From positions 33,585,285 to 33,649,284 of the forward strand of contig NC_069001.1 in the NCBI RefSeq assembly GCF_001194135.2: 64,000 bases of DNA, read 5' to 3'. Shown here piece by piece: positions 1 to 14,129 of this stretch (positions are counted from its first letter, which is position 1; each line of letters starts with the position of its first letter). A program made the translations under genes and the position numbers. Source of the stretch: Octopus bimaculoides. Taxonomy: Eukaryota. The notes beneath the pieces were generated by a model. It saw only the letters and a list, made by a program, of their open reading frames with translations. It did not search any database and was not told where the DNA came from.

Positions 1-147
1 TAACACAAAATTGCTAGCAAAGTACCTTACTAGAATGAATAATAATTTCTTCTTCAGGCAGATTATTTAGTGTTTCTATTTTTGTCGACAAATTTTAACA
101 ACCTTACTTGAAAACATGTGCTCACTCATAGATTATCTGCTTCCTAT

Positions 148-257
<110 letters not shown>

Positions 258-1845
258 CATAAGTAGTTTTCTAGTGTATATGAAGAAATTACGTTTTTAG
301 TCTTTTAGCTTGTTTTAGCTGTCATGGCAAATGTCATGCTGGTGTACCACCTGCATGTGAATGTATGTGTGGTTTGTAACCTCTACACGTGTGCCTTCCC
401 GCGAATGATGATGATGTTGTGAATGAGTTCCATATCAACTTTCATCGATCTGATCTATGGTCAAAGCATTCTAACCACGAACATCGTACATTTTTAAATA
501 TCTAGGACTACATTGTGCAATGTACCTTTCCTTTAAGACTGTAAGGTATGATCTGAATAAAACTTGACTACTGTGTCTCTGGAGGTTTTGCTACTGCGCA
601 GAGGTTTCTCCTGGGGTTGTGTCTCTATGTGCGTGCTGTATATGTATTTTGCTTTACTGTGTAATGTATATTTTGCAGTCGTGTCTATATGTGAAGCAAA
701 TACATTTATAGGTGGTCCACCTGTGTATAGAGCGAACGTAGATATGCGCAGTGTAAATATAGGCATGGCAAAAATGGTTCAGAAAATCGCATCGCTATCA
801 TGAGGTTCCAGATTCGATCCCAATGCATGGCATCTTGAGCAAGTGTGTTACCATGTTCTCATAAGTGAAATTGGATACATGGAAACCGTTTAGAAGCCCA
901 TTAAGTGGTTCATACTTGTACTTCAAACGTCCATCCTAGTTACGCACAGTGTTACGCTGATTTTTTTTTCTGAGAATTACGTTAAGGATACAGCTGTCTG
1001 CGGAATATTCAACCACTTGCCATCTATTTCAATCAGTAGTCAATTCCAGTCATCGAAAATTTGGAATATTCATCGTCGAAACCGATAGAAATCCATTGAG
1101 ATGTATATTTATTTATAGTTGTGTCTAACGTGTGTGGTGCAAATGTGTGTGGTTGTAGCTGCATCTGTATGCGTATGAAGTGCACATGTATGCACATAAT
1201 AATAGGTATGGGTTTATTTACTCATATTTACACGTGTGTTGTATTCACCTAGTGTGTGTGGGTTTTTATGTATCAATAAAATGTGTAGTGAAGACGCATG
1301 GTTGACTGTGGAACTTACAAGGATATCTGTACCTATATGTGTGTGTGTTGCGTATGCATGCTTGTATGCTTTGTGTACGTAAAATATGTGATTGTCTATG
1401 ACTATGTAGCTCTTGTATTCATGTGCATCGAAGCAGAAATGTGTGTGCATATGTAAATGGGAGTGTATCAGCATTTAATTTTTTTCGTATTTGTATACAG
1501 TTTTTGGCATGCGTATGTTTGGGAGTGTGTTAGAATACATCGTTTATGTGAGTGTGCACATGTGCGCCTGTGTGCATGTGTGTACGTAGGCACGTGTGTA
1601 CACACATGTGTGAGGCTATAACAAGTGTCTATGAGTGTGTGATTGCGTGTATTTAGGTTTTGCATCTATGTATGCAAACGCGGATATATGTGTTCTCATG
1701 TATTCGTACGTTTGTCTATATCTATAGGCATTAGAACTAAGAGAGTATGCGCATGAGTTGTTTTTATTTTTTGTAGTTATGTATGCATGTATGCATGTAT
1801 GCATGTATGTATGTATGTATGTATGCGTGAGTGTGTGCGCACGCA

Positions 1846-1881
<36 letters not shown>

Positions 1882-1963
1882 TACATACTTTCTGTGCATA
1901 TGCACAAACATAAACAGGCATACATTACATATAGCATGCATTCACGGCGGCGGTGGTATGTGT

Positions 1964-2032
<69 letters not shown>

Positions 2033-2862
2033 GTGTGTGTAGGGGGGTGTATAATGTGTGTTTGTGTTGATGTATTGTGAAATGTCTTTGTTTACCCTAT
2101 GATAGTGCATATGCTTATGTGTGTATGTGTGCATGTGTGTATACAAGTGTATGTGTATATGTGTGTCAATGAGGCGTGCGTTTTTATGTATGGATGCGGG
2201 CGGGTATGCAAATGGTAGATATGCGAATCTTAGATATTATTTCGGTGACAACATTGTAATGGAAGATGGAAGCAAGTAGTCGATGAGTCAGGCGGAATAT
2301 TGTGGAATGTCCGTTGCTGCATCCTTTTCTAATGACACGTTTCTTGTTGCCATACTACACAAACACACTAGTTTCACGAGTTAAAAGGGAGCCTTTACGT
2401 GGTCGCTTTATATGCCAGAAATAGCAGTCAAATGTCTCTGAAATCTTAGAAAGTGAGATATACTTGGGAAAAAGACAAGATGGTCAGTGCTGGAATGTCT
2501 TTGTTATAGCATTATTTAATAAAATATTATTAATGGTTTCTGATGTACATACAAGGTTAGCTGATATCACTGACCACAGCGCTTCACTGCTACTTCCGGT
2601 TCTTTATGTTCTGACTCCAAATTCCACCGATACCAACTTCACCTCTCATCCTTTCAGGGTCAGTAAAGTAAAGTACCAGTCGAGTACTGCGTCCAGTGTA
2701 TTCAACTTAAGTCTCCCACAAAATTTTAGGTTTTGTGCTAATATTGAAATCAATTTAAGGGTGGTGGATTGGCAGAATCGTTAGGACAAAGTACCAGTCA
2801 AGTACTAGGATCGATGGTATCGACTAACCCCCACCTATCAAATTTGCTGACTTTGCGCCTTA

Positions 2863-2920
2863 ATCATCATCATCATCGTCATCGTCATCGTCGTCGTCGT
2901 CGTCATCGTCGTCGTCGTTG

Positions 2921-2990
<70 letters not shown>

Positions 2991-3005
2991 CATTATTATC
3001 ATTAT
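2863..3005. repeat. Compound trinucleotide microsatellite (CAT)/(CGT)/(TAT)
   Basis: Read directly; similar compound arrays at 16485-16579, 18092-18175, 18370-18490, 31172-31250 and 35760-35845. Confidence 0.9.
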
Positions 3006-3009
3006 TGTC

Positions 3010-3064
3010 TTTCCACATTCGAGTTACCTCCATTTCCAGATCTTTGTATTTTGACAACTTTTTA
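3010..3064 (-). mobile_element. Tiny RLE-domain fragment of an R4/Dong-like non-LTR retrotransposon
   Basis: Translates KKLSKYKDLEMEVTRMWK, typical of the RLE C-terminus (EKxxKYxDLxxExxRMW); abuts a (TAA)-type array. Confidence 0.6.
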
Positions 3065-3440
3065 CATGAAATAACTTCGAATACAAAATTTTTTATCTGT
3101 TCTATAACAGAAAATATACAAGTATACGAAGTTTGAAAGTCTTTCGGTACCAAAAACACTACATAAAACATAAATGAAAAATGTTGCCCGTCAAACCAAA
3201 AAGATCCGAAAGTTTCCCCGTTTCTTTTAGAGTAATAACTAAACTTTAAAAGAATTTTAAGATACCAAGTGGAAATGTTGTCGACAAAATAACACACTTA
3301 CACATATGGCTAAATGTAAAAATGAAAAACAAAAAAAAAAAAACAGCATTCTTATAGAGAATTTTACTGCAAAAACGAAAACTTGGTGGCATTTTGTACA
3401 CAGATCAGGCGCTACAAAAGCGTGTTTGTGTGTGTTGTAT

Positions 3441-3489
<49 letters not shown>

Positions 3490-3669
3490 ACATATACATA
3501 CACAAATACAGGAAGACAGTTATTTATTATAATTATTGATAATTTTATAGAAATGTATTTGTCTTTTTTTCTTTCTATTTATTAATATTCTTTCTAGGAG
3601 AAGGGAGCTGATTTCTAACAAAGAAACAAAAGCTCCATCATTGGAGTGTGGATGATAACAACGATAACT

Positions 3670-4050
3670 GTTACATACCAAACTTTAAGCAAATCTTGCA
3701 TTTTCTTACTGTTCCCCTTGAAAACTGTGTTTGTAAATTTCGTGTTAGCCAGTCTCTTTCTTTGCATGAAGATTCTAGCTTCTCCAGATGGTGGCTTAGA
3801 CATTTACTAACATTACCTACCAAATATACCAGTGGTTATTGTTATGAAAGCAAATTTATAGTAAGGGTAGAGGCGTTTCAGGTTTCGAATCAGTTGTCCA
3901 CAGATACTGACTTTCTTGATGATTTTGAAAGAGGTTTGTACATCTGCAGGATGTCTACACTCTATGACTATACGTGATTTTTTCTTTTCAGTCTCAAATA
4001 ATATCGTTTGCACTTGGTAGAAGTTCTGGTTGCAATGCTCCACCAGCATT
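3670..4050 (-). mobile_element. Degenerate 3' end (RLE domain) of an R4-like non-LTR retrotransposon
   Basis: Peptides ...IECRHPADVQTSFKI..ICGQLIRNLKRLYPYYKFAFITITTGIFG and GNVSKCLSHHLEKL...LQTQFSRGTVRKCK resemble RLE-LINE C-termini. Confidence 0.6.
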
Positions 4051-5769
4051 CTCTGTGTAGATATGTATGTATGTATTCCATTGAAGAGGTGTTGGTTATA
4101 TTTATCTCTGAGCAGTCTTTTATACAGATAGTATTGTATATTGTTTTAGCAACAACATCATGTCACAGCGGGCTGTAGTAGTAATTCGACGACATTTTTG
4201 AAGAGCTGATGATTACATGTGTTATGTACCCCACAGAAAGGTAACACAATCGACACTTGCGGTTGCATCTTGAGATTTTAAGGGCTTCGCTGAACAGCCT
4301 TCAAAATGTGATGTAATTTAACGGTCACGAGACCAAGGGAGGCTACATTTCACGTTAATGTTGTCATCTTTTTCTAATTCACGGAAAACATACATATGCG
4401 TAACATTTTTGTGGTATATAAATTGTTTCTCTTCCAGGTCTTTGCTGAGATACGCGAGCCCAAAATACTAGGTTCGTATGGGAGGTTACCAGGAAGTGGA
4501 TGTTTCTTGGTGTATTATATGTTATGCATATGTATATATAAATATATATCTAACACTGTGTGTATGTACAAACACGCGCGCGCGAACACACGAATACGTC
4601 AGAAACATTAATCAAAATTTGATGAAAATTATAAGATGGGTAAAAATTGGAGAAAAGTGTGTCAAATGTCGACCAATTTTTTGAGAAAAAAAGGCAAAAG
4701 GTAACATTTTGGAATCTAATATTTAGTTAAGTATATGTCTTGAATTTTCAAAATCAAATTGTTTTTGAATGTTACCCTGTGTCCATTTTTTGTAACAGAA
4801 TTACTACATTCGTGAAAAACACCGTAAAATGTTTGCAAATTTTACCCGATTTTAGGGGTAAATTCCCTAACAACATCGACAAAAGTTAAAAAGTTTTTTC
4901 CTAAAGTTACAAAAAGAATCACCAGAATTTTAATAAAATCTATACTTTAACCCTTTTTCTTCCCTTAGATGAAAAAAAAAACATTTTTTTCTGAAAATAG
5001 AATTTTTGTGTCATTTTTTCATTTTTGTGATTTTTTGCCATGCAAAATTTTGACACTGTACACATGTCATTTATTTGTGCATAAGTTCCATTTTCAAAAT
5101 GTAATGAAATTTCTTAAAATTGAGCATTTGGTTTTTATTTTTTTGTGTTAGCTCAGACATTTATAGAAATTACAACACAACTTTCATTTGGATACCTTCA
5201 ATTTTTTTTTTTAATATTCAGCCTTGAGCCCACAGGGAATTAGTGCTAACCTGGAACAAATTGTCAGCGACAATACTAATCTAAAAAATAAAGGATGCAT
5301 TACTTAGGATGCACTATGCCTGGGAAAAAATGACAGGTTGTTCACAGTTGGTACGCCTTTAATAATAGGCCTACTTGATCGGAGCTAACCTGCAGCTAAG
5401 CAAGAACAACTGACCTATTATTATTTTAACCATCTCGTTTAACTTCTAGTGGTACGGAGTCAATGAAAGATCGTCTTTATGCAATCACTTGACCTACTAG
5501 AAATAAGAGGCAAATCTTCCTCAAATCACGCATTGGATAAGTTAGTCGTACGTACAGTATGTTTACAAAATACAAATTTAGTCACAGCTGGAAAGCCTTC
5601 AACAGTAGGACTGTCAAATTTGACCACGTCTTTCACAAAAGCAACAACAATCGCTAAAGTATTTAAATATATTTTTCTTTCACAGATAATAGACCTCATA
5701 TTTATCGGAGCGGAAAATCGAAGATAGGATTATTATTCAGACTTTTAACAAAAGTATTACTAACATAAG

Positions 5770-5926
5770 CCTTTCCCTTGGATAACATCGGTGGCGTGGA
5801 GAGGGGAGGCTGGTATGCATGGGCGACTGCTGGTCTTCCATAAACAACCTTGCCCAGACTTGTGCCTGGGAGGGTAACTTTCTAGGTGCAATCCCATGGT
5901 CAGTCATGACCGAAGGGGGTCTCAAC
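5770..5926 (+). mobile_element. 157-bp GC-rich retroposon copy (probably a 5'-truncated SINE) with a perfect 11-bp TSD
   Basis: ACTAACATAAG at 5759-5769 and 5927-5937 flanks the insert; no TIRs. Orientation is inferred. Confidence 0.75.
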
Positions 5927-8900
5927 ACTAACATAAGAAAAGTCAGATGGCTTTATCCAGGGATCGCAGACTCTGCTCGCTCTAACTATTAAGGAAACTA
6001 CTTTTGGTTGCATCGAAGACAACTAATTTTAGAGGTGGGGATTTCAGAGAATTTGAAGTCGTGATATTTATGCCGTTCTCAAAGGCATTTGTATTACATA
6101 AGAAAAATGAAATGGTGTCAGCCGAAAATCCAGTCTGTGTCGTGTACTTGGCTAACCAAAAGATTATGTATGGCTCCAACCAGCATTTATGATATTAAAA
6201 ATTCATGTGGCGACCGCCGTAAAACAAATGCTGGCCTCTGCCGTTAATATCTTATGAATATGCACGAACGTTACAAAATCCTATTTCCCTTTCTTTGAAA
6301 ATATTTCAAAATGTTAATATGTTAATAATTTGTTTGTTAGGTGTTCTTTTATGACGTAAAATAGTTTCATTGATGTTATTTTTTTTTCCTACGGAACCAA
6401 ATGAAATAGAATAAATTAAAATTAACGGCAAATTTAATAATTACAACAACAACAATTACATATTACATCAGTTTCGGTTATCTCTCGTATGACTCTTCAT
6501 ATTTAACATTTTTGTTAACCAACTAATTAAGTCTAGCTGCAACAAAGAGCTTCTTTTTTTTATTATTAAAAGGATTGATTAAAAAAATCAAAAAAATTTT
6601 TTTTTCTTAAATTTAATAATGACTAATTTTGAAATTCCACTGTCTCATTCTTTCCATTAAATACCTAATATGAAGAAAGGAAAACAAAAGAAATTTAAAA
6701 GAGTAAATAAGATAAATAAATAAAAACAACTTTTTAACATTTAAAAATTTTTTATTTATCATCCAATATTAAATGTCATTGTTGTCTTAAACTAATACAG
6801 CTTTCTTTTCATTCTACTCGCTTCCTTTCCACACATGCCTCCCTCGACCTTATAGAAATTCTATAAGGGATTATCAGGTAGAACCCAATTGTTCTTCACA
6901 CAATTTGAGAAATTTTTAGTGCAGATTTCCTTCAAAAAGAGTATAAATTCAAATAGATTATGAGACAATAGAATTCAACCCATTACCTCTTTCAGCCCAT
7001 TACCCGCTTTTTATTTTGACTCTTTTTGTTTTCTTTTTCATTAATAATCACTGCATCCAGTTCGCATATTTCACGGATTCCTAATCTTGGGATTTCTATT
7101 CTGTTTATTATATTTGCTATTTTGCCTCACTTAATTTCGTCTACAAATGTATATATCGATCGGATATCATATTTAAATAACTATTTCATTCAGCATAGGT
7201 CGCGCTGACACAGAAAGGTAGTAAGGTCGTTGGAAGTGATAGTGATGGTATGAAGTTCGAAGTATATGGTGCTCTCAGTGATTCAAATATAGGGAGCTAA
7301 TGGAAAAGCAGAAAATTAATTTGATCCTCTTACCTTAAACATCAAAGATTATTAGGGCACCTTAACAACAACAACAACAACAACAACAGCTGCATTAGCA
7401 ATAACAGCTCTAAGATATAAAAAGTGTGCGTCAAATCCCCATCAATCAATGTTATGCGCCTGTTAATTAACAGTCAAATTTTTTTGACATCCTAGATTTG
7501 TCTCTAAAAGGAAGGAAATAAACCATAAACAATATCTTTCTACATTATTTTGAAGCATTTTTCTTCTTCATTGACTACCAGTAGTGGTTCCAAAGAATTA
7601 AATCAACTTGTGAGAACTATTTTCCTAGCTTGTCAATACAACACTATAGTCCTCATTCTCAGTCGAAGACTCTTCATTCCTTATGCCGACACAGACCATC
7701 ATTAGTTTTCTCGTATATCCGTTATTTATCCAACGTTTGGGAGCTATCTATTCTACTCTAACTCATACCATTGACGACATCAATGAAAGTAAAACGCGGT
7801 TGCTGATTGATATGAATCGGGAAGCATCTTTTCCTAAAACATTTTCGGCTCTTCCGTGCGATTGTGACCCCTTTCAATTAGAAATTATGTGACAGATCAT
7901 CCATTTACTACATAAGATAATGAAAATGTGTTGCAACACACATTCATTTTAATTTTTCAGAGAATTGTTTATCGAGGCTAAATTATCTTTTTGACGTTCA
8001 TCTCCTGGAAGTCATAATAGTATTATCTTTTTAAAATGAGAACGAAACGTTGGGTAATATCATTTCAAAATACACCATTCGTGCAAAGAAAAATACCTGT
8101 AAGTAGGATATACCCAACATTTAATTTCTCGAACAACACACTAAGGCAAATATCATTAAAAAAGTAAGTTGTTAGGTTTTAGGGTAGAGATATGATAAAA
8201 GGCATTCTAACCGAGACCATCCTGTTTTTTTGTTTTGTTTTCAGAGTGTAACTTGGACCACATTATCCAATGTCCCCTTTTTATAAAGATGATATAGCAG
8301 TTGTTCTCAGCTGTATCAGAAGGAAGTATCAAAGTTCATCACAGATTTTTAATAATATAATTTAAGGCCTTTGACTCCATAACAAAAGTCAAGCGTCTTG
8401 CAAGACATGTTATTCATAATTTTGTTATACACTAATGTGATAAGTAAAACAAAGTAAATAACGGTTTTCTATATTTTTCTTTAAATTTTAAAATCAAATT
8501 TTTTAAAAATTTACCGTGTGAAGTGTATCAGTAACGCAGTCTTTGAAAAATCTAACAGAACAACTTTTGAGCTCCGATGAGGAAAATTTGTGGAATGACT
8601 GTTCCATTAATTAATCGATTAATTGATTATTTACTTGATCAATTGTGTGTACAAACGATTGAATAATATGGTACGGTTACGCAAGCTTTTTCTCAAACAT
8701 ACGTCAGCAAATAATGTTATAGAAGAATATAGATCTTCATTCTTTGACTGATTACTGTTATACTCTGTAATTAATGCACCAACCTATCAATTGAGAATAA
8801 CTTCGGATTTACAATTTATAATAGTCACCTGACATTATCTAATCTACATGGATTACAATACTCTTCCATGGTCATTCTGCTTGCTAGGTTCGTCGCAAGG

Positions 8901-8948
8901 AGTGATAACTGGGGTATTCACAATTTCTGCAATCCCTATTTTCCTTCA

Positions 8949-8991
<43 letters not shown>

Positions 8992-9043
8992 TACGCGCGC
9001 GCACATACACACAATAGACATATGTAAATATAAATTGTGTGTA

Positions 9044-9044
<1 letters not shown>

Positions 9045-9089
<45 letters not shown>

Positions 9090-9285
9090 NNNNNNNNNNN
9101 NNNNNNNNNNNNNNNNNNNNNNNNNNNNNNNNNNNNNNNNNNNNNNNNNNNNNNNNNNNNNNNNNNNNNNNNNNNNNNNNNNNNNNNNNNNNNNNNNNNN
9201 NNNNNNNNNNNNNNNNNNNNNNNNNNNNNNNNNNNNNNNNNNNNNNNNNNNNNNNNNNNNNNNNNNNNNNNNNNNNNNNNNNNNN

Positions 9286-9355
<70 letters not shown>
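9045..9355. repeat. (AGT)n microsatellite spanning an N-gap (9090-9285)
   Basis: The same unit lies on both sides of the gap. Confidence 0.9.
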
Positions 9356-10074
9356 ATCGCTGCTCTACTTGTATTGGTAAGCGAATCATTGCTTTCGACA
9401 GCCACGCACATATTGCCATGTTGCCTAACAACAGGGGGCAGAAATTTCTGGCTTAAAAAAAGAGTAAATGACTATAAATTTCGCCCCTTTTTGCAAAAAT
9501 ATATTATGAACCGATGGTATCATGCTAATACATAACCATGTCATACAAGCACGATTTTCAATTGTTTAATTTAATGTTCTATTTTAACCAATTAAACATG
9601 TTTAAAACAAAAGCTACCGAGAGCCTACTTAAAAGAGAACAAGACTATGAAAGTCACAGGGAAATAAAAGACACAGATGATCGCCTTGACTAGCTGACTG
9701 TATGTTGGTCAACTGGTGTGTTTCAAGACCGTTTTCTCCTCACACTTCATTTTTGCTTTCTCGCGCTACAATAAGAACTTTTCTACTATATTTCCCTCGT
9801 TCTAATTGCTCTTATATATCCCGAATAAGGAAGTTCAACTGAAAGGTATATAAAATTGTCAATGTCATTGCGTAATATCGATTGCTCTTAATATATGTAA
9901 GGAAAGAAGGTGTCTCATTTGTCAGTGAAATTAACAGATACTGGGGGGAAAAACTGAACTAAAGCCTTCTTATCTTATTTACTGACATGGTGACGCAATG
10001 ATAATTCTGCTATTTCTAGCTCACAACGCCAACGTATTTTCTTCTGTGTGTGTGTCTTTTTTTTAATTTTTCCC

Positions 10075-10260
10075 TTGTCTATTATTGGACTGTGTCCATG
10101 CTGTGGCATCACCTTGAAGAGTTTAGTCGAACAAATCGACTCCAGTACTAATATTTTAAAGTCTGGTACTCAATTCTATCGTTTCTTTTTGCCGAACCGC
10201 TGTTTAAGGGGATGTAAACAAACCAACCCTGGTTGTCAAGCGATGGGGACAGACATACCT
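10075..10260 (-). mobile_element. SINE (second family), partial
   Basis: Shares motifs (gatttagtcgaacaaatc/ttgtcaagcg) with the copy at about 36860-37030; a related head-like fragment lies at about 63360-63500. Confidence 0.6.
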
Positions 10261-11321
10261 CTTTCTCTCTCTACACACATACATGCATAATATATATATA
10301 TTTATTTATATTTGTGTGTGTGTGTGTGTGGTTAACCTATGTAGTATCTTTATAAACGGCTAATTTAGCTGTTTCTTCGTAGATTGAAAAATGTTGAACA
10401 ATCGGGCTTCTTTCAGCTGCGGTCTACCAAAACCACTCAAACACACACGCGCGCACGCATATACACACACGTGCGCGTGCACACACACATGCATGCGCGC
10501 GTGTGTGTGTATTGACTCAATGAGAATTTAGGGAATAGATCAAACGGAGGTTTGATCGAACTGAAGCATGCCATTTATGATGTCTAGACATTATGACACA
10601 AATCAACAGATAAGACAATCCATTCAGTCAACGAAGGCTGCATCGATAAAGGGGAGTTCATTGATGTTTCGTATTCCGCAAATCCAAGAGTATCCGAAGT
10701 TGTATGTATGTATAGAAAGATATATATATACATACACACATGCGAGCACATATTTATCACATTCTGTTATTCTATTTTATAACTTTTTAATAAATGAATG
10801 TATCACTTCAACCTTGAATTAATTCAATTGTTTGTTTTTTTCCAGACATCCGCAAATAATTCTTTCCATATACTTGCATATTTTGAAACTTGATTTCGAC
10901 CATATAATTTGATCTGCATTTTTCTGTGTCTCTACGCTCGGTTTCTTTTCTTTTTTTTTTATGCTGCATCCGCACCTTCCAGTTTATAATACATTTAAAT
11001 CTCTAATTTCTCTATCTGATACACGCTTTCTAATCATTGCTACATCTCTAAAGTACTGGTTTTGTTGTTTGTTTATATTTGATACAAATTGACATTTGTA
11101 ACTTTTAGTATCTTTAACTTAGCTCCCATCTTTTCTTTTCCTTTTTGCTTTTTCTAGTCTTTTCTCTCTTTATCTCTTTCTTTTTCTCTTCTTTTTTTTT
11201 CTCTTTCTTCCCCTTCTTGCTATGAACCCCCACTTCATATGTAAAATACACTTATGTATTTATTCTTTACTTGTTTTTCGACACACTCATTCGCCCTTGT
11301 CTCAATTTTTATTCTTTATGC

Positions 11322-11626
11322 CAGTGCTACTCAAAGTGGTGGTCCGCGGACCGCTGCCGGTCCGCGAGCCATCAGCTGCCGGAACGCAGCCAGTTTCCAG
11401 AAAAGAAAAAAGCATTATAAAATGCTTATAAAATGCGTATGTAATATTGTATTATTTGTTTGCAAAATGAATGTAAGATAAAAAAAATTGTCAACTTTTA
11501 TCATAGTCATTATGTATATTGTTTCTGGTATAAATTAATATTACTAAGACATATTACCGGTCCCTGGCACACTGGGCGGGGTTGGGGAGCGGAAACTGCC
11601 GGTACACCTCTGTTTGAGAAGCAGTG
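11322..11626. mobile_element. hAT (Charlie-type) MITE, 305 bp
   Basis: TIRs CAGTGCTACTCAAA / TTTGAGAAGCAGTG; perfect 8-bp TSD CTTTATGC at 11314-11321 and 11627-11634. Confidence 0.9.
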
Positions 11627-12060
11627 CTTTATGCCATATTTTTTAACACTTGATTTCTAAAACAGTTTTCCTCTTCGTTGCTATTATTATGCCTATTTCT
11701 ATGTAGGAACGATTTATGCTTTTTAATTTTTAATTCGATTTTGACTCGTTTTTTAATGTTTAAATTTTTTCGTCAATGGTCAATCGTTTTCATTCTACAA
11801 ATTTCTGTTATTCTGATAAATAATAACTCCCTGTCCAATCATCTTTAACTGTTTATTTGATGAGTTAGCAAATAATTATCACTGCACCGTTTATAAGCAC
11901 TTATAAATCATCATATTGTTTACAAGGAAAACTCATGGCTATCTGATGATCAGTGATGTGGAACTCCAAGTAACAGCTTGAGAGAATTTTTTTTCATAAC
12001 CTCAAAAAAGGAAAATGCAGCATGTGTGTGTGTGTGTGCGTGCGCGCGCATGTGCGTGTA

Positions 12061-12420
12061 TACGAGGGTTAGTCAAAATTAAACGCGTTCTTGCTTCTGC
12101 AATTTATTAAAATAAAAGCCGAGATTGAACAATTACACCGTTTTCCGACATTATATCCTTCCAGCGGTCCACTTCTTCCAGCAGTCCACAAGCTTGCCTA
12201 TCCCTTCAGTGAAGATGATTTTCGGCTGGATGCGCAGCCATTTATTCACTGTTTCCTAAGCTTCTTCGTCTCTTGCAAAGCGATGACTTTTAAAAGCTGT
12301 TTGAGCGGTCCAAAAGGTGACAATCAGAAGAGGCGAGATCTGAACTATATGCGGAGTGTTCCAGCAACTCGAAATCCAATTTATCAATGGTTTCAACGGG
12401 CTGGGTGGCCATTTGGTGTG
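12061..12420 (-). mobile_element. Mariner transposon 3' remnant (decayed transposase C-terminus plus TIR)
   Basis: TA|TACGAGGG terminus. Minus strand reads [25 protein letters not shown] (the YSPDLAPSD motif)...ETVNKWLRIQPKIIFTEGIGKLVDCWKK, with frameshifts and stops. Confidence 0.85.
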
Positions 12421-12464
12421 AATTGCTGGTTTCAAATTATTAGCGGGAGAAAAACCAATTACAT

Positions 12465-12493
12465 AAAATAATATATATATTATATATACATAC

Positions 12494-12524
<31 letters not shown>

Positions 12525-12586
12525 GCACACACATACTGTATATGTATATATGTATGTACGTATGTATGTATATGTATACACGTATA

Positions 12587-12679
<93 letters not shown>

Positions 12680-12920
12680 GTATACATATACATGCATATA
12701 TAGTTATATATATATGTACATATATATATATGTATATATTTATATATGTATTTATGTATATATATATGTGTGTGTGTGTGTGTAAAGTACTATATATACA
12801 TATATGTGTATACATGTATGTTTATATGATTGCATACACACACACAAATATATACATACATCCATGCATACATACATACATATATGCATACATACATACA
12901 TACATACATACATACATACA
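12465..12920. repeat. (TA)n/(CA)n/(ATAC)n microsatellite complex
   Basis: Read directly; it produces the YI/VC/HT pseudo-ORFs. Confidence 0.9.
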
Positions 12921-14129
12921 TGCATTAGTTTTGGAGGGGCAAAAGTAAAGTCAGATACTTTCTGAACGCACTTCGTATGATATCAAACTGTCATTCCATC
13001 GGTTACCGATTATCGGTACAGTTTCAAATGGAATTATAGCGAGTTGAAAAACTACGATCAACTGATAATATTCAAGAAATCAGTTGACAAAGCTCCCGCA
13101 ATGTCTGTTTAAAATCTAAAAACAACACCTAAGTAAGATAACTCTAATAAGATCAGCGGACTGAAATTTTGAGCTAATATACACAATACAAACCGGGGGC
13201 GGGGAAACCATTTCTTCATACTCTGAAATATTTCCCCTCAGCCATATTGTTGTCATTCGAAAGAATGTACATATAATCTTGTTATTATTTCTTGTTCATT
13301 TCTCCTACCCACTCGCTCTCATTATCCTGTTAGAAGTATTTTTTTTCCTTCCTTTCTATTTTCTTTTCTTTCTTCATTATTCCTCCTTTGCCTTTGTCCC
13401 CTTTCTTCTTCCGTTTCACTTCTTTCTGCACATGAAATCAACTCCTTAATACCTAACTAAACTGTAAACATCTTTTCATTGGTTTCTAAAGAAAGAAACA
13501 CATTACCAACGAGAACATCATCTTGGACGTCGTCATTCTCCTCCTCGTCATTGTCGTCGTCGTCGTTATCCTCGTCGTCGTCGTCATCATCATCATCATC
13601 GTCATCAACCAACACAACGACGGTTATGGTTTCTAACATAGACACACGGACACAAATTGGGAGGTGGAATGTAGGCAATAAATGCATCCTCATTAGAAAA
13701 CTTGTGCTCACTTTATTGATGTATGCGACTGCATATGTGTATGTGTGTATACATACATGCATACATACATACATACATACATGCATGCATACATGCATAC
13801 ATGCATACATACATACATACATATACACATACATACATATACACATACATACATATACACATACATATTGATATGATGGGGATCTATTGAATAGATTGAA
13901 GAAGATCAATCTATCAATGTGGAGCACGCCACTTATGATGGCTAGATATGGTGGGTCGTCACAAATCCCGCAATGGAACATTTGTAGATATACCATTAAA
14001 TGCATTTGTTTGTTTTATTACATAATATATAATTCATATTTAACTGTGGAACTCGAAGTTAAGCAATAAATAATAGCATAAAAATATTGGGTTAAAAGTC
14101 CCCTTTGGATAAAACAAAAGTCGAAGGTT

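Noticed and set aside
5860-5926. HDV-like ribozyme in the 157-bp insert (hairpin, CGAA, GGGGG)
   Set aside because: No P1/P2/P3 partners or L3 loop could be found in the required order.
6465-6505. Minus-strand hammerhead-like ATGAAGA...CCGAAAC
   Set aside because: The core has A instead of C, stem II pairs poorly, and stems I and III cannot be built; at most a dead Penelope LTR relic.
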